Below the pieces are notes generated by a model. That model saw only the letters and a program-made list of their open reading frames with translations, searched no databases and had not been told where the DNA came from. A program made the translations under genes and the position numbers. Positions 59,926-64,000 of a stretch of 64,000 nt of DNA are shown here, piece after piece (the stretch's first letter is position 1; each line of letters starts with the position of its first letter). The stretch is from the NCBI GenBank assembly GCA_963677895.2, contig CAXXGJ010000018.1, positions 352,001-416,000 on the forward strand. Direction: 5' to 3'. The stretch comes from Treponemataceae bacterium. Lineage in GTDB: Bacteria > Spirochaetota > Spirochaetia > Treponematales > Rectinemataceae.

Positions 59926-61311
59926 ATGACGGACGGAAAAATAGACTTATCGGTCATTGGTGGCGGTCCAGCCGGATATGTGGCCGCCCTGAGGGCATCG
60001 AGACTCGGTCGGAAAGTGGTTTTGTTCGAGAGCGCTCGGGTCGGGGGTACTTGCCTGAACGTAGGGTGTATTCCCACCAAGTATCTCGTGGAGAAAGGCG
60101 TAGTGTTGGAGAGGATCCGAGCCCTCACCTCTGAGAAAATTTTTGATGGAGGAGGGAAATTTAGTCTCGTAAAAATATTGGATGGGAAGCAAAAACTAAT
60201 CGAAAAACTTGTGTCCAGTGTTGAAGGACTATTAAAAAACTCCAAAGTTGAAGTGGTAACAGGTGAGGCGAAAATGATCGCCGCAGGAATGGTGGAGTGT
60301 GGAGGTGTTTGCTACGAAAGCTCCAATATTTTGATCGCGACTGGATCAAGGAGCATTTTCCCGCCAATTCCCGGGCTGGAGGGCAACGTTACCGACAGCA
60401 CCCAAGCTCTCTCCATCAGCAGGGTACCAAAATCTATGGTGGTGATCGGCGGAGGTGTGATTGGCCTAGAATTCGCCTCGATTTTTAATTCCTTCGGAAG
60501 CACGGTTACAGTCCTAGAAGTCCTGGACGAGATTCTTCCAAAAGAAGACCGTAACGCGGTACACGAGGTCGTCCATATACTTACCCGACGAGGTATACAT
60601 ATCCTTACTGGAGTCAAAAATCTATGCATTTCCGCAGACACCGGAAATAAAAAACTAACCTATGAGAGGATGGGAGCGGCTGAGACAATTGAAGCTGATA
60701 TCGTGCTGGCTGCGACTGGTCGGCGCGCTTCGCTTAGAGGAATCGATGCATCGGCGCTTGGTATCCAATTGGACTCTAGTGGGAATATTATAGTGGACAG
60801 GGAAATGCGTACTAACCTTCCCGGGGTCTACGCGGCAGGTGATGTTATCGGCGGTTGGCAATTGGCACATGCAGCATATAAAGAGGCAGAGTTAGCGGTG
60901 TACGCGATGTTTGGGAAGAGCTCAAGCTTAAAAGAGCAACCTGTGCCTCGATGTTTGTATACATCACCTCCTATGGCTTCGGTTGGTATCACTACGCAGG
61001 AAGCTGCTAAATTGGGGAAAGATGTCTCGGTTGGAAGCTTCCCCTATTCATCCTCAGGTATGGCCCTCGCCGAAGGATCTCGGGAAGGGAAGGCTTGGGT
61101 CATCTCGGACAGAAAAACTGGGCTGATCTTAGGGGTTCATATAGTTGGTCACAATGCACCCGAACTAATAGCTACAGGTGCGATGGCCATCGCATCGGGA
61201 ATCAGCGCTGAATCTTGGGCCGACATGATAGTTGCTCATCCTACCCTATCAGAAATTGTACATGAGGCTGCTATGGCTTGTACGGGTAATGCTTTGCATA
61301 AGCCTAATTAG
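59926..61311 (+). CDS. lpdA: Dihydrolipoyl dehydrogenase E3
   Basis: GGGPAG, GGTCLNVGCIP, GGGVIG, HPTLSE. Confidence 0.93.
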   Translation: MTDGKIDLSVIGGGPAGYVAALRASRLGRKVVLFESARVGGTCLNVGCIPTKYLVEKGVVLERIRALTSEKIFDGGGKFSLVKILDGKQKLIEKLVSSVEGLLKNSKVEVVTGEAKMIAAGMVECGGVCYESSNILIATGSRSIFPPIPGLEGNVTDSTQALSISRVPKSMVVIGGGVIGLEFASIFNSFGSTVTVLEVLDEILPKEDRNAVHEVVHILTRRGIHILTGVKNLCISADTGNKKLTYERMGAAETIEADIVLAATGRRASLRGIDASALGIQLDSSGNIIVDREMRTNLPGVYAAGDVIGGWQLAHAAYKEAELAVYAMFGKSSSLKEQPVPRCLYTSPPMASVGITTQEAAKLGKDVSVGSFPYSSSGMALAEGSREGKAWVISDRKTGLILGVHIVGHNAPELIATGAMAIASGISAESWADMIVAHPTLSEIVHEAAMACTGNALHKPN

Positions 61312-61592
61312 AAGCTCTTGAAAAGTAATAACGGTAATCAGAGCAAAGGAATATATAATATAGATGAATCTTATGGTATTAGCTAGGAGAAATGCGAAAG
61401 CCTTTTTATGTCGCTGATTTATACGATTATTGAGATGGTTTAATGGCAAATAATGATACAATAGTTGTCTTCTGGAGCTGTCTTAAAGATAGAAAAGTGG
61501 GTTCTTCAGGAACTCCTAACTTGAATTACATTCTAGGAGTTATAGGCTTTTATTTTTGACGAACTATTCGTATAATTCACTACAAAGGAAAT

Positions 61593-62534
61593 ATGCAGGA
61601 CAGTAAAGAGAAAATAGCAGATTTAGTAGATATCTGTTATGGATACTATATCTACGGTGAGACTCAGGGCCAAATAGCTAAGCGAATGGGCGTTTCAGTC
61701 GCAAAGATCAGTAAAATGATCTCTCTAGCTCATAAGATGGGTATAGTTCACATTGAGATCCTCGATCCTATTAAACTGGCAGATAATCTTGCCAAGCAGC
61801 TTAAAGCCCGGTACTCGCTCAAAGAGGCCAAGGTAATCCCGATTCCAAGGTTCGGAGTAGAGAATTTACTCAATAGACTTGGCAAGGTCTCCGCTGAGCT
61901 GCTAAGTTCCTATATAAAAAAGGGAGATGTTATCGGCATTTCGGGCGGATCTACATTGTTTGAAATGCTAGAATATTTCGAGCTACCGGATGCCAAAGAC
62001 AACGTAGTCGTCCCACTATTGGGTGGATATAAGGAATTTGAAGACGCAACTCATGGGACCGAAATCGCTTCCAGCTTTGCGAAGAAGCTCAATGCGCAGC
62101 TTGTAGTCATGCCTTCTCCTGGCATCGTGAAACAGGAAGAAATCAGTTTCTTTCTCTCGAATACCGCGATCAAGCGAAGCATGTCATGGATCCCCAAATG
62201 CAATATAGCCGTTTTCGGTATTGGAACTGCAGATACAAATGGTACATTCTTCAAGGGTGGAGTGATTACTGACAAAGACTTGTCCATGCTGATGAAAGAG
62301 AATGCGGTCGGTTGCATTTGCCTCAACTTCTACGATCAAAAGGGAAAACCATGCGAGGATTTCAATTCAAGGATTATCGGCGTTAGCCTAGATGATATTT
62401 TGAAGATAAAACTTACTATCGGGGTAGCCGGTGGTAGCCCTGAGAAGGCAAAGGCTATTCAAGGGGCGCTGAATGGAGGGTATTTAGACGTTCTCGTTAC
62501 TGATCAATTGACCGCCGAATCACTACTGGGCTAG
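61593..62534 (+). CDS. SorC/DeoR-like sugar-binding transcriptional regulator
   Basis: YY..G.TQ..IA.....S...IS HTH; IGISGG.T, GIG, LVTD..TA. Confidence 0.9.
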   Translation: MQDSKEKIADLVDICYGYYIYGETQGQIAKRMGVSVAKISKMISLAHKMGIVHIEILDPIKLADNLAKQLKARYSLKEAKVIPIPRFGVENLLNRLGKVSAELLSSYIKKGDVIGISGGSTLFEMLEYFELPDAKDNVVVPLLGGYKEFEDATHGTEIASSFAKKLNAQLVVMPSPGIVKQEEISFFLSNTAIKRSMSWIPKCNIAVFGIGTADTNGTFFKGGVITDKDLSMLMKENAVGCICLNFYDQKGKPCEDFNSRIIGVSLDDILKIKLTIGVAGGSPEKAKAIQGALNGGYLDVLVTDQLTAESLLG

Positions 62535-62935
62535 CTCTTTTCTACTGCTTGGCTTCGGCAATAATATGATCAGAGCATGTAACAGAGGCTGTCGTAGCCG
62601 ATGATAAATTGCCGGCTACCCGTGTCCTGTTCGAATCGTTCAGGATTGATATGAAGTTCCAGGATCTTTAAAATGTTGCTTATCAGAAGACCTTTTCCCG
62701 CTATCACAAAGCACGAAAGCAGTACTAAGAATCCTGTTTCTATGTTGGGCTAATGAAGACGGGATTTGATATAGTATCAGGGCAGTCTCTCTTTACGGCC
62801 CATAAAGCCAGAAAGTTTTGTATTTTTTTCTTATTTACTGCTAAACTTACTGTAACCAACTGCTTTTCATCTTTATTCATCTAAGCCTGCACCCGTTCAA
62901 CAACTAAAAAGGTGTGATTATTATAAGCACCATTT

Positions 62936-63682
62936 CTAGCATCCGAATTCCTGCTTCATGAAGCTGACAATATTATCGATGCATTTTCCAATAATTGCCT
63001 TTCCTTTTTCTGCGGTGGCCTTGGTCGCGTCTCCTAAGATACCGTTATAAGTGTTGTCCTTGAACTCGTAATAGGTTATCACATCTGGGAATTTGCCGAA
63101 TTTGGGATTCTGCGCTTTTACAAGCTCTACCTTGGTTAAGTCCACGTATTCGGGATGCAGATATAGCATTATTGAAGTACCGCATTCACTGGCGTGCCCG
63201 TGGGCCATCCATCCTGAATATTCACAGATACCGATAGCATTTGGCTGGGTAAAACGCCACCAATCTATCTGAGCACATTTTATACCCTTTTCTCGTTGAT
63301 ATTCTCTAGCTAACTGGCTGATGATAGGCACGTTGCCAGCATGCATATTTAGAAACATGAAGTTTTTAAAGCCCCACTTTATGAGTGAGTCTATGATATC
63401 GCGAATCACTGCAGCATATGTTTCTGGGAGGATCTTGATGGTTCCAGGGAATTGTGCTAGCGAATTTGATTCCCCCATCTCGAACATCGGCCCAATTATT
63501 GCATTGGTTTTTTCAGCAACTAGCTCACAAACTGCGGCGGAAACAATGGTATCTGAACCAAGTGGTAGGTGTGGACCATAAACCTCTATTGCTCCACCTG
63601 GTATTATCACAGTATCACATTTCTTTCGAATCTCATCAAACTCGGTCCAACTCATCTCTTTCATCCACTTGGTATTCTTCAT
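62936..63682 (-). CDS. Creatininase family amidohydrolase
   Basis: G.IE.YGPHLPLGSD, N.HAGN, GHASECGTS, G.LGD...AT.EKG. Confidence 0.9.
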   Translation of the reverse strand: MKNTKWMKEMSWTEFDEIRKKCDTVIIPGGAIEVYGPHLPLGSDTIVSAAVCELVAEKTNAIIGPMFEMGESNSLAQFPGTIKILPETYAAVIRDIIDSLIKWGFKNFMFLNMHAGNVPIISQLAREYQREKGIKCAQIDWWRFTQPNAIGICEYSGWMAHGHASECGTSIMLYLHPEYVDLTKVELVKAQNPKFGKFPDVITYYEFKDNTYNGILGDATKATAEKGKAIIGKCIDNIVSFMKQEFGC

Positions 63683-63695
63683 AATTGTTAATCCT

Positions 63696-64000
63696 TTATT
63701 GGTTATTTTTTCGGTACAATGGTAAAAAGTCTTCGATTATTTTCTGCAATCCCATTAAATTTAAAATATCACCCGACATTACCATTTCGTCTTCTAGTGA
63801 TGTCGTTGAACCGGTTTTTTGGAGTCGATTGAACAGCTTATAATAGGATTTCGCGGCTACTTGAATCGATGAGACGGGATAAAGCCCTGCTCGGAATCCC
63901 ATTTGTTTTATTAGATTAATATCCACTTTAGCGGAGTAGGTTGCTTCATTCAGGTTGATCATCAACTTAGCATGGCATTGATTGGAAATTTCCATCATGT
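63696..64000 (-). CDS. Partial isocitrate lyase/PEP mutase family protein (C-terminus)
   Basis: L.INL.E...MGF..GLYP.S...AA.......L...G pattern; runs off the window edge. Confidence 0.55.
   Translation of the reverse strand, partial: MMEISNQCHAKLMINLNEATYSAKVDINLIKQMGFRAGLYPVSSIQVAAKSYYKLFNRLQKTGSTTSLEDEMVMSGDILNLMGLQKIIEDFLPLYRKNNQ

Noticed and set aside
62540..62930. Possible gene remnant or ncRNA between convergent genes
   Set aside because: No recognisable frame or structure could be supported by eye.

Overview
Accessory region of a bacterial genome, most likely a spirochaete (inferred from the style of the integrase, lipoprotein and phage proteins, not proven). Only about 1-1015 looks like host backbone: a GC-rich flavinylation-motif lipoprotein gene, terminators and a tmRNA/tRNA-like 3' fragment. 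The rest looks like stacked genomic islands. A tyrosine integrase (46910-48229) lies next to the 3' half of a tRNA-Thr(CGT). An 18-bp core of that half-tRNA, together with about 400 bp of homologous flanking DNA, recurs at about 1433-1880, delimiting a ~47-kb island; a second island appears to continue beyond 48.4 kb. The cargo is mostly ABC-transporter-linked catabolic clusters: dpp-like + M24 + UroD + cysteine desulfidase; DgaE-like + RidA + polar amino acid ABC; gcl + FAD oxidoreductase + racemase + transaldolase; FGGY kinase + sugar ABC + TPP-dependent dehydrogenase complex + SorC regulator. There are also two IS66 copies, two IS3 copies and IS remnants. The standout is a GC-rich, intact, translationally coupled ~8.8-kb virion-gene operon (17807-26575, minus strand). 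It encodes scaffold, P22-like coat, head-tail connectors, Dit, an Asp-box receptor-binding protein, a Gp37-like hub and a lysis-like module. No terminase, portal, tail tube or tape measure is recognisable, and a 50-aa coupled mini-ORF sits where the tail tube/tape measure block should be. It is a candidate domesticated GTA-like or tail-less particle system, or else a cleanly deleted prophage.
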